NCBI GenBank assembly: GCA_964016885.1
Contig: OZ024740.1
Location: 376,464,001-376,528,000 of the forward strand
Direction of reading: 5' to 3'
Source: Eledone cirrhosa
Taxonomy: Eukaryota
DNA: 64,000 bases
Part shown: one piece after another, positions 15,339 to 29,312 of the stretch
Layout of the letters: every line of letters begins with the position of its first letter
Position numbering within the stretch: the stretch's first letter is position 1
Notes under the pieces: generated by a model
Databases searched by the model: none
Told to the model about the DNA's origin: nothing
What the model saw: only the letters and a program-made list of their open reading frames with translations
Position numbers and translations under genes: made by a program

Positions 15339-16619
15339 CTTTTACCTTTAAAGTCCTTTTTCGTTTTATTTAACACGTTATCTTTTATCCTCATTCACCA
15401 ACTTTTAAACCAAGAGGGGGAAAGGATAAGGGGTAAAGAAGGACAGCTCTGGTAGTATGGGAAAGTAAACGAAAGGACTATAAATGCCATATATGAGAGG
15501 ACAAGGAAGGAAACAGCAAGGACTATTAGGCAATGGAAGAAAGATAGGGAGAAAGGGAGAGGGTGATAAACTATACACTTAGGTCGGAGTGGTGTTTCGT
15601 TTGCGCCCCACGAAAAATGACAAAAACATACCCGCGGACAATGGCCAGCGACAATCACTGTGACAGCCAACCAGCCTTGCGGGGTTATGTAAATTATAGA
15701 TTTATAGATTTGTAGAAATACATAAAAATAAATATAATCAACCTGGGTGTCTAGCTTAAACAATACAAATACGGATGAAATCCGTCTCATAATCGAACGC
15801 TAAATACATTTATGGACATGTATAACTGAAATTTACATTATATATATCACAGTTACAATAGTTATTATATTCACATCATATTTATACCATTTATAACATT
15901 AGTATATTAGTATTATACAAAAGAAGCAATGTTCACCGACCTTGTTATAACATTTGTTTGTATATTTATTGATTTATTTGCAGTGCTAAGGTAAAATCAA
16001 TTTTCTTGACAGCGATGTATCACTGTTTATTATTTTATCAAGACCAAGAAGTTGAAAGAGGTAATCACCTTTGCTATACTATATGCTCACTACAAACAAT
16101 AAGAAAACTAAATACTGTAAAATATTTACTTCTGCTTCAAAATGCCTAACTTAGCATCTGTATTTCCATATATACTCTGTTATGACAATCAGGAACATAG
16201 TTTTAGTATTTCTTTAAACAGTAAAAGACTATTATATCGGAATTATTTTACGATATACCATACTACTCAGTCATAAATCTAAAGCAATTAGGATTATCTA
16301 CCTGAACTAGCTATAAAATGTTAAATGTATAGGGAAAGTTACTTGTAAATATGGCAAATATTTGTTTGTATTGGTATATTCATATAATAAATAGGAAATA
16401 TAAACAGGAACAAATATGAACTCATGATAAACCAACAGTCTCGTGCAACCAGTGTACATTTCATACAGAATATCACGCATCTAATCCCCTGGTATCCATA
16501 GCAATTATGCCAGTAAATTAACTTATAAAAGAGGGGAATATTTAATAGCCAAGCAATATATTCATTATTATTATTATCACGTCCTCCCTCAGGATTGATG
16601 TTAATTCCTGGTTTAGTCA

Positions 16620-17790
16620 AGATAGGGGACTACATCCGGTGGTTTTGGATATCATGAGGTTGTTTGCTTCTTTTCAGATGTGTATCCAATACGTTTCGTA
16701 TTATCCTAGCCGTTCCAAACAAACAGGGTTTCTGTAATATTCGTATTGGAAGATTCAGTTTTAGTTTTTTCTTTTTTATTAATCCTTCAAAATTCTTTAT
16801 AATCATCTCTAAGGTATTACTTCCACCTTTTTCATCTTCCGCATTTTTGAAATTCCATACTTCAATGGGCCGTTATTTGCGCACTTTTCTTGTTTTCCTT
16901 CTAAGCAAGTATCAAATGGACAAGCTGGGACGATCAACTGTCATGTTTTATTTTTATTTTCAATTACAGTGATGTCTGATTTATTATGATCTAGTCGTTT
17001 ATATGTGTGTATGGTTCAACCCTAACCCTAACCCTAACCCTATACAACGTTGCAGCGTTTTGAATCCAATACTTTTTTCCGGTTGGTGCATGTATCATTT
17101 CTCACAGAGTCTGCAGTGGGTGACTTTGGCCACATTATCACTTTCTTAAAATTATTTTGGGCAAATTTCGGTCACTTCAAGACAATGTGTGACACAGTGT
17201 CAACTGCACTGCCACAGAAACAACTCAGAGGAGATATGTCTTCTCTATATGAACTACTTTTCTGATGTTATTCGTACAAATTATTTAATCTTGTGCTGCA
17301 TTATTGTGCTATCTGTATCCTTTTTTCCTATGTCCGTACTTTAGCCATCCCCACAACTTTACTCCTGTCACTTCATCTATTGATTTTCTGAACTGCTCGT
17401 GTAGTGTCTTGCCCTCATATGCAGTTGAATGTTCATTCTATACTCCTCTTTACGTTTGTCCCCATTGATAGTTCCACACAAATATGCTACGTTCACTGCC
17501 CGCCGTAACTTCTCTCCGAGAGCGCGAAAATGTTTTCTCTAACTCTTACATTTATATTCTAAAACAATCTTCTATCGCATTCAAAGCTCGGCCTCCATTT
17601 TCTCTTTTCATAAATAATCGGTCAACATCTGCCTTGGGGAGATGTGTTCCATAAGTCATCAGCAACTTCCTCGTTTAGCGATCCAAAGCCTCCAACTATA
17701 TCTTCGTCAAATCTATGATGCCAGCCCCATATCTAATGATAGACACTGCACTTGAGTTGATAGTAGGCATCATATTGCCATTATTATTAT
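16620..17790 (-). pseudogene. Decayed R4/Dong-type non-LTR retrotransposon 3' part
   Basis: Minus translation has INSSAVSIIRYGAG, KADVDRLFMKRENGGR, CGSAVDTVSHIV, RLDHNKSDI and LQKPCLFGTARIIRNVLDT; homologous to 57254-58513. Confidence 0.82.
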
Positions 17791-18345
17791 TATGAAAAGA
17801 GAGGTTGAAAGAGAAAAGGACAATGCTAAAGTGTTAAAGGAACTAATGCTAATACACACACAAACTTCGTCATCACGAGCACCAGTACCACCACTAACAC
17901 CTTCAACACTATCAAGCTCACCACCACTATTATGAAGAGTACAACAGACACAAACAACATCCCAAACACAATGAAACTCAAGTTCACAACAACAAAAAGC
18001 CTAAACGTAACAAAAGGTAACACAGGCCCGATTCACACATCCATAAACACTAACAACACAAAGCTAATACACCACAAAGCACAACGGTGCAATTACATAA
18101 AATGTCTATATCACCCCAACCAAAAGATTGCATTACCTACAAACATAGAGATAATAGAAATTACACAACAAACATACACGTAATAAAAACAAAAATTTAC
18201 CGATGCAATTAGAAACATCTCCAAAGGAATATACAGTGATACTCATATGGATGTACCGACATATTATGGGAGGGATGATGAACCATCCTTCCTCCACACC
18301 ATTGACATAAGTGCTCCTGACACTTTTTCCTCCTTTTCATCATGC

Positions 18346-21200
18346 ATGGCTTCATTCAGTATAGGTAGTGTAAATTCACGGGGTTTGGGGTCACCTTCAA
18401 AGCAAAGCCACCGACTTAATGACATCAGGTCATTGAACATAGATATAGTGACTATAAGCGAGACTAGAAGTTCCTAGGCACGCGCCTTCGCACATAATTT
18501 CTGTGACTAGGAAGGGTAGGCCTCTCCAAGCCCTTTTTGATCTGGAGGCTGTGATGCTGTGTTGTTCCAGAAAGTCTTGCCTCTCAGGATACAGACCATC
18601 TTCCTGGATCCAGTAGGTAAGTTGGTGGTGCTGGATGTGGTCAGCAGCGAAAGTTATGCCTTAAGGCTAGTGGCCGTCTATACCTCAACAAGGTCAAGAC
18701 AGCCGGATTTCTTCGGGCACCCGGAAAACTTTCTAGAAACGTCTCACACTTTAGAGATTATGGGAGAATGGAACGGTATTTTAGATGCACGTGGGGACTG
18801 TGTGGGCCTATCATAGTTGGAGGGTGTAAAAACCTCACAAACTTATTCAGACGTTGCCAACTATCTGGTTGGATTAGTGAATTACTTATGTCGGCGTTGA
18901 AAGGGAAAATTGTCAACAACAAACGGCTGTTCACACGTTAAAGGGTGATTTGAGGAGAATCGATAAAGTTTAATAAAGGAGAAGCGATAGAAAAACACTA
19001 GAATAGAGGGAGAGCTAGTTAGAGTGCTAAGAGAGGTCTTTAGAAAAAGAAATGCAACTGTCGGGCTTGCGGCGTAATTGACACTCGGCACTTCAACGCA
19101 AAGCAAGAAGACTGTGTTGTCAGGGCTAAGGTGGGTGCTCTTAGACAGGAATGGATGAAAGCCCACCAATGGACCAAGATGAGAGTGCGGTGAAGCAACA
19201 AAGCAACAATCTGGTGCAAGTTACTAGATCTCAAGCAGATCTGTGCGAAATTTCAACATCACTTCCCGCAGCTGTTTGATAGTGAAACGGATTACACGAT
19301 AGACTTCAGTGCCTACCTCACTGGTATGCCACGGAGGGAGTAGGATATTTGCGAAAAGTCGATACCAGCTGCTGAAATACGTGACGCAATGTTTAACTGC
19401 ACTAACTGATTTGATTTGGATTGTCTACGCTACGAGCTTTACGATTTCACGCGAGACACGTTCCGTGGCCTGTTGCCAAACGTCTTCTGCAAATGGCAGC
19501 AGAACGAGATAATTCCCAGTTTTGTGAGCCCTAGAGGAGTGACGGTAGTGCGAAAAGACGTCAACATGGGAGACAATATGTTATGCCCATAACTGATATA
19601 TTGAAAAGTTTAAAATTTTGGGCAAGGTTTTAGTATCGAGGTTGTCGTTTGTAGTCATTTGTCTCGTAGAAGAGACTAAAACATACGCCACCTCATGCGA
19701 TACATCATAGTGAGGGGGACTGCCGAACCTAGCACTGCTGGGGACCTGATCAACTAGAGATAAATCGAAAGTATCCAGAGTCTGGATCACTCCAATGCGC
19801 AGTGACAACTGTTCTGTGGTCAGAGTGAACGGTCACATCTCAGAAACATTCAACATCAGGCGCCCAGCACGCCAAGATTGTCTCCTATCTTCTCTAAAGT
19901 ATGTAGACTTTCGAACCACTAGTACACAAATTGGAGACGGTGAGGCGATCCCGCGCAAACTAAGATGTGGGAAATTCATGTAAGCGTATTTGTGCCGAAC
20001 TCCAAGCACATTGAGATAATCGGTACCGCTATCATGGAGTACGAAGTGGTAACATGAATTAACCATTCGGTGGGGCAGCTGCTCGGTACGTGGAGTAGCA
20101 GATCCATACCATCCAAATGCGTCGTAGTACGCTGGAGATACACGCCGATTAGAGGTTTGGAGCCAGACCAACAAATTGACAAAAAGTGGGAGGAGGAAAA
20201 GGGGACGGTTTCCACGCTCACCAAGAAATGGGCTGAGACGATGCTATCCCTGAAAAATCGGACAGAGATAGTAAACGAATCCATCATATCTGTCATCTAC
20301 TACTGCCTGACTGTTGGGCCTTGTGCTTCTTCACATATAACTGCACTGGAGCACGTGCTAATTGTGCCAATGACCAGGCATTCCATTTTCGTTCAATACC
20401 TGCTTTATCGAAGACTGGGCTACACCGTCGCTGATGATTCACAAACATGCGCTGAAGCTTCAATATCTCCTTAGCGTGGAACAGCTGTAGTCATCGTTTG
20501 TGAGGCGCGCCTTCCTGCAGCTCATCACTTTGATCGACCTGCAGTCTTCTGTCAGCGAAATACCGAGACCGGGCGCATAGCATCTGGAAAGCTGTCAGGT
20601 GCTAATTGTCTTCTACCAATCGGACAATGTGGTCAGTGGAAATTAAAATCTAGCGAAGTCTATTTGTTTGAGGGGGGGGGGAGACAATATTGCGGTGACT
20701 CTAGGCATCTACGTGAATAAACAAGCCAGTCTGTCACGGTTGTTTTCGTTCCGGATAAGTTCCAGTAGGGCAACTGGAGGAGGACACTGCCGCTGTAAGA
20801 CAAACTCTACATGTCTGAATATGCTGCTAGAGGGACCTGTCTGAGATGGGAGAAAAGCGAGGAAACCATTCTGCACGTAAATCACTGATGGCCGGGGATT
20901 TCTGACACGTATTATTTTGTTGAACAGTTATTGTCAAGTGTGTGAAAGGTCCGGAACTTGGTCGACTCCATCGTCAAGATTACAACTTTATCTTCTTTTC
21001 GCCGGGAAGGGGAAGCAATTTCCTCTGTCTGGTAGGTATATGGAAAGAGGTCGTGTGTTGGCCCTGACACTTTCCTCTTAGGCAAATACCTCATTATCTG
21101 TTTCAAGTTCCAATTGGAAAGGAATGTGTGTCCATTTTTGAAAAGTATGTGAATATGGTGTGGATGGCCCTATTGACCAATGAAGTAATTATTGTTGTTA
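18346..21200 (+). pseudogene. Decayed L1/Tx1-like ORF2 (APE endonuclease + RT)
   Basis: MASFSIGSVNSRGL...DIVTISETR, LRLVAVY, IMGEWNGILD (APE); VRVNGHISETFNIRRPARQDCLLS and LSLKNRTEIVN (RT region); many stops and frameshifts. Confidence 0.75.
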
Positions 21201-21696
21201 TTGATGCTGGTGGTGCTGATAGTAGTAGTAGTAGTAGTCAAAGAGGAAAGAGAAGGATGAGGAGGACGTTAGAAAAACACAAGGAGGTTCAGAATAAGAA
21301 TGAATTATTATGTGCGTATTAACATCTGTACTTGCATGTATCTTATTTATCTGCTTTAACGTACCTCTATATTTATGTTGTAGTTTTCTACGCCTCTGAA
21401 ACATGTATCGTATTTTAGTTGATCGATTATTTTCCAAACAATGCTGATTATGTTATATTTGTATCCCCTTGAGAAACTCGAATATGAACCTACACAATGT
21501 TACAAAATTCGGTAGCATTCAGCGTGGTACATTCTTGCAAACATTGTATAATGTATTCGGATAATGTGTATACTCATCAAAGTACTTCTCTTATCAACCT
21601 TACATTTACATTAATGTATCAAACTTCTTCAAACAGTGTACCACCACGTTCGAATGGCTTTTGCTTTCATTTTATATATATATATATATATATATA

Positions 21697-21774
21697 ACGG
21701 CGATGAATTAGTTTTGCGAGGTTTTTTATTTGAAATCGTGTGTCGAAACAAATATTGTTATACCAAGTATAACA

Positions 21775-21778
<4 letters not shown>
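21697..21778. repeat. Tiny fold-back of the family A 3' terminus
   Basis: Diverged reverse complement of the family A tail, followed by hairpin ATATTGTTATAC-CAA-GTATAACAATAT. Confidence 0.6.
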
Positions 21779-21806
<28 letters not shown>

Positions 21807-21822
21807 ATATATTTATATATAA

Positions 21823-21876
<54 letters not shown>

Positions 21877-21999
21877 ATATATATTTATATTTACATATAG
21901 TATATATATATAAATATATTAAAATGTGTATACCCTGCTATGTCTTGAGTACCTTACTTACTGTGGTTACCTCCGGTTTAAACCGGAATAACTTACCTA

Positions 22000-22057
<58 letters not shown>

Positions 22058-22278
22058 AGAATTAATATCTAGTAACATATATATACATACAGATGCATAT
22101 TAATGCTAGCAAATATATAGGTTTTGTCTTAGTAACATTGTGGTTCAATGCATGGGGTTGCAGAACAATAATATGAGAGACGTAAAATAAGAAAATTATA
22201 AAATATATATATATATATATCTTATAAAATAAGAAAATTATAAAATTGAAAATTATAAAATATATATATATATCCTTA

Positions 22279-22310
<32 letters not shown>

Positions 22311-22314
22311 ATTG

Positions 22315-22357
<43 letters not shown>

Positions 22358-22377
22358 ATTTATATATATATAATATT

Positions 22378-22422
<45 letters not shown>

Positions 22423-22469
22423 TTATATATATTATATATATATAAATATATATATATATTTATATATAT

Positions 22470-22639
<170 letters not shown>

Positions 22640-22662
22640 CAGTTATGAAAATATTTACTTGT

Positions 22663-22706
<44 letters not shown>

Positions 22707-23283
22707 ATATATATAAATATATATATATATAAATATATAAATCAGGAAAGAAGGTTGACATGGTTTGCTATACAAAAAAGTTTTTTAATCTCATAGCTGA
22801 CAATTGTTTCTCTGAACTGGTAGGTCTAGAGTTCGCTATTCGCTTGTTTTCACGTTACTCGATCTCCAATACAAAATTATAACCACTCAGTTCTTCGGAG
22901 CATGCGAGAATGAAGAGGATATACAGGCAAGAAAAGAATATACAGGCTACTATATGAAGTAGTAATGGCATTCAGTTAGAACAATAACAACAATTACAAC
23001 AATGCTATTAATAAATTATTTGAGGAGACCCTGACATTACTTAGGTGGCGAGGTATAGTGTATCTAAGATTTCGGCGTGTAAAACTAGCTGTCATGAGGC
23101 AGAAGTAAAGGTTTGGCATGTACAGAGTATCGAAGTGTGTATCAATTTTAAATTATAAAGATAAGCCAGTGTTTACAGTCTTTCTTTTCATCTTCAATAA
23201 CATACATGAGTGGGACAACACGGTCAAAGCTAAATAGTGGTTGAGTTAATACAGAGGTTAAGGAGGTAATATACGCATATATT

Positions 23284-23406
<123 letters not shown>

Positions 23407-23719
23407 GCATGTGTACATAGACACATACATACACATCAATATACACTCGTACAAAAATATACATACATGCAAAGAGATAAGCGTGCTAATTGTAATTATG
23501 GCAAAAGGAAGGTTAAGTTACATTGTAGTAGTGATTTGAGAAAAACTAGGATTTAGGATCAAATGATGGCAGCAGCTGAGAAGGAATAAGTTTGTGGGTT
23601 GATGAGGTACTTACAGACATTTGTGTGGTATAGACTTGTGAAGGCTAGAGTATACTTAATGAGTACATTTCTGTGGGTAGTGGGTATCCTAATTTAAAGC
23701 TATGTTGTGTTGGTTCGAT

Positions 23720-24928
23720 TCACGGAGGTTTGAATCTTATGAATTTAGTGGCAATTCTATGTCTGCAGAAGATAGATCTTTCTAACTTATTGTTAAGTAG
23801 CCTTTTTACATTTTTGACGATATACATTAGTTCAAGATCACATAGCCCGCAGTGGGACATACCTGTACTATAGGTTTTAGCAGCCGACAACTTCGACCAG
23901 TTAATACTGTAGTTAGTGCCGCTGTCCTTCAGTTCCCATATTTTTTTGGCGAGGGTTGTGGAACCCATAAGTGAACGGTTTTTCATTGAGTGCCTGTGCA
24001 CATACCATCTTTTTTTAAAAGAACCGGCGGTGGATCCTATGTAATTCCAGGTGGAGTTATCCGAGATGACCGTGCACATGTATACTAGACTCGAATCGAG
24101 ACATCTGTTCGCCAATGGGCACCTATCTGGTAGGTGACAGTTACAGTTTGAGGCGCTATTTTGTGCAGCTTCCACATTCCTGTTTAGTACTCTGTTATGA
24201 GTGGTTTGTGATATATGCCCAATGGGGTTTTGCTGCTGCGCGTTTGTATGCGCTTGCGGTTGTGATGTTGTGATGTGTTTATGCTTATAATTTAGTGCTA
24301 CGTTATGTATAGGTGCAGTTGATTTACTAGAGATATGTCTGTGGTTGATCTTGCGTATGTGTGATTCTATGTTTGCTGCTGTTGAGTATGAGAGTTTTAT
24401 AGTAAATCTATTGAGTATTTTGTGATATCTATTCGAGATAGGGAAGTGTTTATCTATTAGTTTAAAGAATGTAGAGGGCAGTCTAGTTTTTATAGAGGAG
24501 TTGAATATTGGGTTGAACCATAGGTATTTTCTTTGTCTGTTTCTTCTATTGTTTCTTGGGTATACGTTATTAGTGTTTTGACCGTTTACTCCAAGTGTTA
24601 CGTGTCTAACCCTATGTCTAGTCAAGCTATTTCTATTATTATGTGAGCGGTTGGTGTAATAATTACTAGGATTGTTTACGTTGTCTTTATTCACTATATA
24701 CTGCAGTTTATCTTTATGACCGGCCCTACGTAATGCTGCATTATAATAGTCAGCATGCTCGTTAAAGATTTCTAGGTTTGAGGATAAGCGGGATATTCGG
24801 AGGGATATACTACGTGCTATGGATCTAATTATGGATTTGGGGTGGTTTGAGTTGTAACTAATGTAGGCAAGATTTTCATTATTTTTGTGGAAAGGTTCTA
24901 TTAATCCAGTATTTAGATTTATAGTCAC
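23720..24928 (-). CDS. 5'-truncated PLE RT thumb + Cys linker + GIY-YIG
   Basis: SNHPKSII, WFNPIFN, IKLSYST, CNC...CPLANRCL, LVYMCTV...YIGSTAGSFKKRWYVH, CGLCDLE. Confidence 0.9.
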   Translation of the reverse strand: MTINLNTGLIEPFHKNNENLAYISYNSNHPKSIIRSIARSISLRISRLSSNLEIFNEHADYYNAALRRAGHKDKLQYIVNKDNVNNPSNYYTNRSHNNRNSLTRHRVRHVTLGVNGQNTNNVYPRNNRRNRQRKYLWFNPIFNSSIKTRLPSTFFKLIDKHFPISNRYHKILNRFTIKLSYSTAANIESHIRKINHRHISSKSTAPIHNVALNYKHKHITTSQPQAHTNAQQQNPIGHISQTTHNRVLNRNVEAAQNSASNCNCHLPDRCPLANRCLDSSLVYMCTVISDNSTWNYIGSTAGSFKKRWYVHRHSMKNRSLMGSTTLAKKIWELKDSGTNYSINWSKLSAAKTYSTGMSHCGLCDLELMYIVKNVKRLLNNKLERSIFCRHRIATKFIRFKPP

Positions 24929-25385
24929 ATCTAGAAAGTTTACCTTCTTATGGTTCAGTTCGTAGGTAATACTTGTGTGTGTGTATGTGTCTGTGTGTGT
25001 ATAAATATATGCGTATATTACCTCCTTAACCTCTGTATTAACTCAACCACTATTTAGCTTTGACAGTGTTGTCCCACTCATGTATGTTATTGAAGATGAA
25101 AAGAAAGACTGTAAACACTGGCTTATCTTTATAATTTAAAATTGATACACACTTCGATACTCTGTACATGCCAAACCTTTACTTCTGCCTCATGACAGCT
25201 AGTTTTACACGCCGAAATCTTAGATACACTATACCTCCCCACCTAAGTAATGTCAGGGTCTCCTCAAATAATTTATTAATAGCATTGTTGTAATTGTTGT
25301 TATTGTTCTAACTGAATGCCATTACTACTTCATATAGTAGCCTGTATATTCTTTTCTTGCCTGTATATCCTCTTCATTCTCGCAT

Positions 25386-25491
25386 GCTCCGAAGAACTGA
25401 CTGGTTATAATTTTGTATTGGAGATCGAGTAACGTGAAAACAAGCGAATGGCGATCTCTAGACCTACCAGTTCAGAGAAACAATTGTCAGC
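25386..25491 (+). ncRNA. Hammerhead variant (CCGAAGA core, extended stem II), family C
   Basis: GCT-CCGAAGA-(CTGACTGGT...ACCAGTTCAG)-GAAAC-AATT-GTC-AGC; the same core occurs in the mirror copy near 22795-22902. Confidence 0.6.
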
Positions 25492-25772
25492 TATAAGATT
25501 AAAAAGCTTTTTTGTATAGCAAACCATGTCAACCTTCTTTCCTGATTTATTATTACTCCAAGTGTTTACAACATAGGAATTACAGCATACCCGCAGCATC
25601 ACTATGAAAACGCCTTGTTGAGTCAAACCAAGCCAAGCGTTGATATCATCCACTACCTGGAATACCATAACTGGACTATACCTAAGTGGACTGCATTTAA
25701 CTATCATTTGTTACCCCGTATATATAAATATATATATATATATATTTATATATATATTTATATATATATTAT

Positions 25773-25823
<51 letters not shown>

Positions 25824-25832
25824 TATATATAT

Positions 25833-25863
<31 letters not shown>

Positions 25864-26636
25864 GCAAAAGTTCAATTTAAAATTGTTGGGATACAACAAG
25901 TAAATATTGTTTATAACTGATATAAAGCACTCGACAAGTATTTGGAGTAGATATACGATATTAATAAATGGAAACTATATTTATAAAACCATATCTATTT
26001 CATTATACATATTTCAGGGATACCAAATTAAATTATGGTATGCCTTCATCAGACAAAATACAATATATAGCAGTTTTACAAATAAGCTTTGACGTACCCT
26101 ATTAAAATGCAACCATTGTTTTTGGAAGCCATCCGGATAGTGATTTGTTTATATTACTTTAGTAAGTCATAGTATTAAGGAAAATTAGAAAAAGACGGAG
26201 AGAAAGAAAAAAGCATGGAGAAATATCGGAGAGAGAGAGATGCATGGAGGAAAAAGAAAGAGATAAGTAAAGACAGGAGGAAAGTAAGAAGAAAAAAAGG
26301 AAGAAATAAGAAAAACAGAAGAAAGCAACAGAGAGATATTAAGTCAACAGACAGATAGAAAAACTCAAGAGAGAGAAATATTATATATAGAGAGAGGGAG
26401 ATTATGAAAACTTTACGTCATGTCATATTAAGTTGAGTTAACAATTCATATGCAATGAATAATAAAAATATAAATATTAATATTCATGAATGGGACATAA
26501 ATATATAATATGAGAAATTAAACATTGTTTAATAATGACTATATGTTTAGTTTAAACCTTGAGATCAATATACCAAAATTTAGGTTTAATCTCCAAAATG
26601 TACACATTGCTAGAGAAGTCAGTGTCTCAGGCAAAG

Positions 26637-26669
<33 letters not shown>

Positions 26670-26751
26670 GGAACCAGTAAGACCCCGACAGCTGAGCTCA
26701 AGCCGTTTCGACGGCTAATTCTGGACTAAATGAAAATAGAATAGTTTCCCG

Positions 26752-27948
26752 ATGGGAGTTGTCACCTCAGATCTTATAGGATTATTCCTAATAGCCAAAC
26801 TCACTGATATGTTTCCTGCATTCGGTGGTGGATTGTACCGTGATGATGGGCTCCTTACCCTTAAAGGGTACAACCCCAGTAGTACAGATCGGGTCCGGAA
26901 ACAATTAATCAGATTCTTCCGCGACTGGAGATTTAAAATAACCCTACAAACGTCCCTGACCAGAGTAAACTTCCTGGACGTGACCCTCGACCTCGAAAAC
27001 GACCTGTACTACCCATACAGGAAACCTAATGACAATCTGCACTACATCCACCGCCGATCAAACCATCCTAGGAACATCACAAACAACCTGGTCAAAAACA
27101 TCTCCCTCCGCATATCCCGTTTGTCAGCTAATGAGCGGATATTCGATGAACATGCGCCTTATTACAACCAGGCCCTCAAGCGGAGTGGTTTCCGGGAGGA
27201 AATATCCTACTGTCCAGCTCCCATTAGCGGAACCAGCAGGAGACACCGCCGCTCACGCAATGTAACATGGTTCAATCCTCCCCACAACGCAGAGGTGACA
27301 ACTCCCATCGGGAAACTATTCTTTAGGCTCATTGAAAAACACTTCCCATTACAACACCGCTACCATAACATAATTAACAAAAATACCATCAAACTCTCTT
27401 ACAGCACTACACCAAACTTCGCACAAAACATCGTCTCCTCTAACAACAAAAAACTCAACCCCGATGGCAGAAATAACCTAAATAGCAGTGGAGAACCGAC
27501 CAGGAGGTGTAACTGCCCGGATAGATCTATTTGCCCACTCGACAATAGATGCAGAGACCGTAATGTGATCTACCAGTGTAACGTGAGGACGGATACCTCC
27601 AACAAAGCCTATATAGGACTTACCGCATTTGACTTCAAGACCCGGCTATACCAACATAGACATACCTTCCGAAACCCGGCCCGGCGTCACGCCACTACAC
27701 TTTCGGGCCACATATGGGACCTCAAGGACAACAACATCACCTATGATCTCACTTGGAGATTACTGTCCAGAGCCAATTCTTACACGGGAGGACGCCGTTC
27801 GTGCAATTTATGCTCGGAGGAAACTTTACAAATGCTGTTTTCGATGGACCAACTCCTAAACAAGAAAGATGAACTGGTTACTGCATGTAAAGATAGATGG
27901 CGTAGGAGTTACCTCGCCCTCAAACCCCATAATGACCCGGGGGGGTAG
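26752..27948 (+). CDS. 5'-truncated PLE RT + GIY-YIG, open frame
   Basis: GLYRDDGL, VNFLDVTLDL, SNHPRNI, WFNPPHN, KLSYST, CNC...CPLDNRC, YIGLTAFDFKTRLYQH, CNLCSEE. Confidence 0.92.
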   Translation: MGVVTSDLIGLFLIAKLTDMFPAFGGGLYRDDGLLTLKGYNPSSTDRVRKQLIRFFRDWRFKITLQTSLTRVNFLDVTLDLENDLYYPYRKPNDNLHYIHRRSNHPRNITNNLVKNISLRISRLSANERIFDEHAPYYNQALKRSGFREEISYCPAPISGTSRRHRRSRNVTWFNPPHNAEVTTPIGKLFFRLIEKHFPLQHRYHNIINKNTIKLSYSTTPNFAQNIVSSNNKKLNPDGRNNLNSSGEPTRRCNCPDRSICPLDNRCRDRNVIYQCNVRTDTSNKAYIGLTAFDFKTRLYQHRHTFRNPARRHATTLSGHIWDLKDNNITYDLTWRLLSRANSYTGGRRSCNLCSEETLQMLFSMDQLLNKKDELVTACKDRWRRSYLALKPHNDPGG

Positions 27949-29087
27949 ACTAGGGCTATAACACCCCACTTGCCGATTTTGCAATGGGTAACCCCTACTT
28001 GCCAAGGGAGACGTAAGATCTTCTTTGTATTCTTTTATCGCTTCCTTTATTTCCTTCCTTCCCCCCTCTCTCCTTAGTCCTTCTACCCCAGCTCTTCTCC
28101 TTTGTCGGCGTCTTTTCTCGCCCACCCGAGGCTGCCCTTTGGCCTCTTGTAGCCTTAGTACCCCCACCCACTCCCCTAGTCTAGGGTAGATTTGGCGGAC
28201 TCCGCCCTTTATAGCAGTTGGTTTAGACCCCGGATACTTGTCCCCTTTTTCCGACCGCTCCCACTATTCTCTGTGCCCTCTATATTTCTTAGTGGCACTT
28301 ATGCCTTATTTTTTCGTTTCAGTATTTCTTTCTTCGCTTTTCTTTTGGGCGGGGTGGATTCTGAATTTATTTTTCCGTATTCTACCTTTACTTCGTACGA
28401 ACTTTCATGTAGCTTGTTTTAGATCTTTTAGAGTTAGCATTAGTATATATTTTTCTCGGGACTCAGAATTATTATCTCGTATTAGTTCACTTTGCTGCAC
28501 TGGGTGGTTGCTGGAATTGTGCCCGGGATGGAAACCTTTATTGTTTATTTCGTGGTAGTCTCTTTAGTATTTTGGCCCCTTTTGTTGACCCGTCACCGTA
28601 TCATTTACGTACTTATACCTCTTAAAAGGGTCCTCGCCTATTTCGTCCCACCTAGTTCTTTTACTTATTTCGTTATTTCTTTATTTCTTTCTTTACTTCT
28701 TTCTTTCTTTATTTATTTATTTATTCTAGCCTAACAATAGCTAGAGACCTAGGTCGTAGAATTTAATTTACTTTACTTTTTTCTTTACACTCATTTGTTT
28801 TTCTTTACACTTATTTGCTTTTCTTCACTCTCAGTATTTTTTCTTTCCTATATATTTCTACCCCCCATTGTTCTACCTACCGTTCCGACTTCCTCCCCCT
28901 CCCCCTCCCCTGTATCTTCTTTGACCTCATGCCCAGCTGTAGCTGGCACTACAAACGCTTGATTGGGTCTACTCCACCCCCTCCCCTCTTTCTCCTACTG
29001 GCAGGTTTAGCCACCATCTCCCCTACTAATTTGCAACCACAGAATTACTACTGATTTTCGACAATCACTTTGACCATATATGGAATT

Positions 29088-29181
29088 ACCCCTTGAGAAG
29101 ATCGGCTATTTAAATACCAGGATAAATTTTCATTTAGTCCAGAATTAGCCGTCGAAACGGCTTGAGCTCAGCTGTCGGGGT
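29088..29181 (+). ncRNA. Hammerhead variant with U3-A8 core, family D
   Basis: ACCCC-TTGAGAA-(GATCGGCTA...TAGCCGTC)-GAAAC-GGCTTGAGCTCAGCT-GTC-GGGGT. Confidence 0.7.
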
Positions 29182-29272
29182 CTTACTGGTTCCTATTACC
29201 CACTCTACTACCTCAAGTATTGAGTACTTTAGTGCGTTATGGTCCACCTGGTTCCTTACCACATTTCCTTCG

Positions 29273-29312
<40 letters not shown>

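Larger units (their letters stand above)
26669..29273 (+). mobile_element. Penelope-like element family D with short inverted 5' arm
   Basis: 26669-26736 mirrors 29127-29194; ORF on +; (TA)n flanks. Confidence 0.92.
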
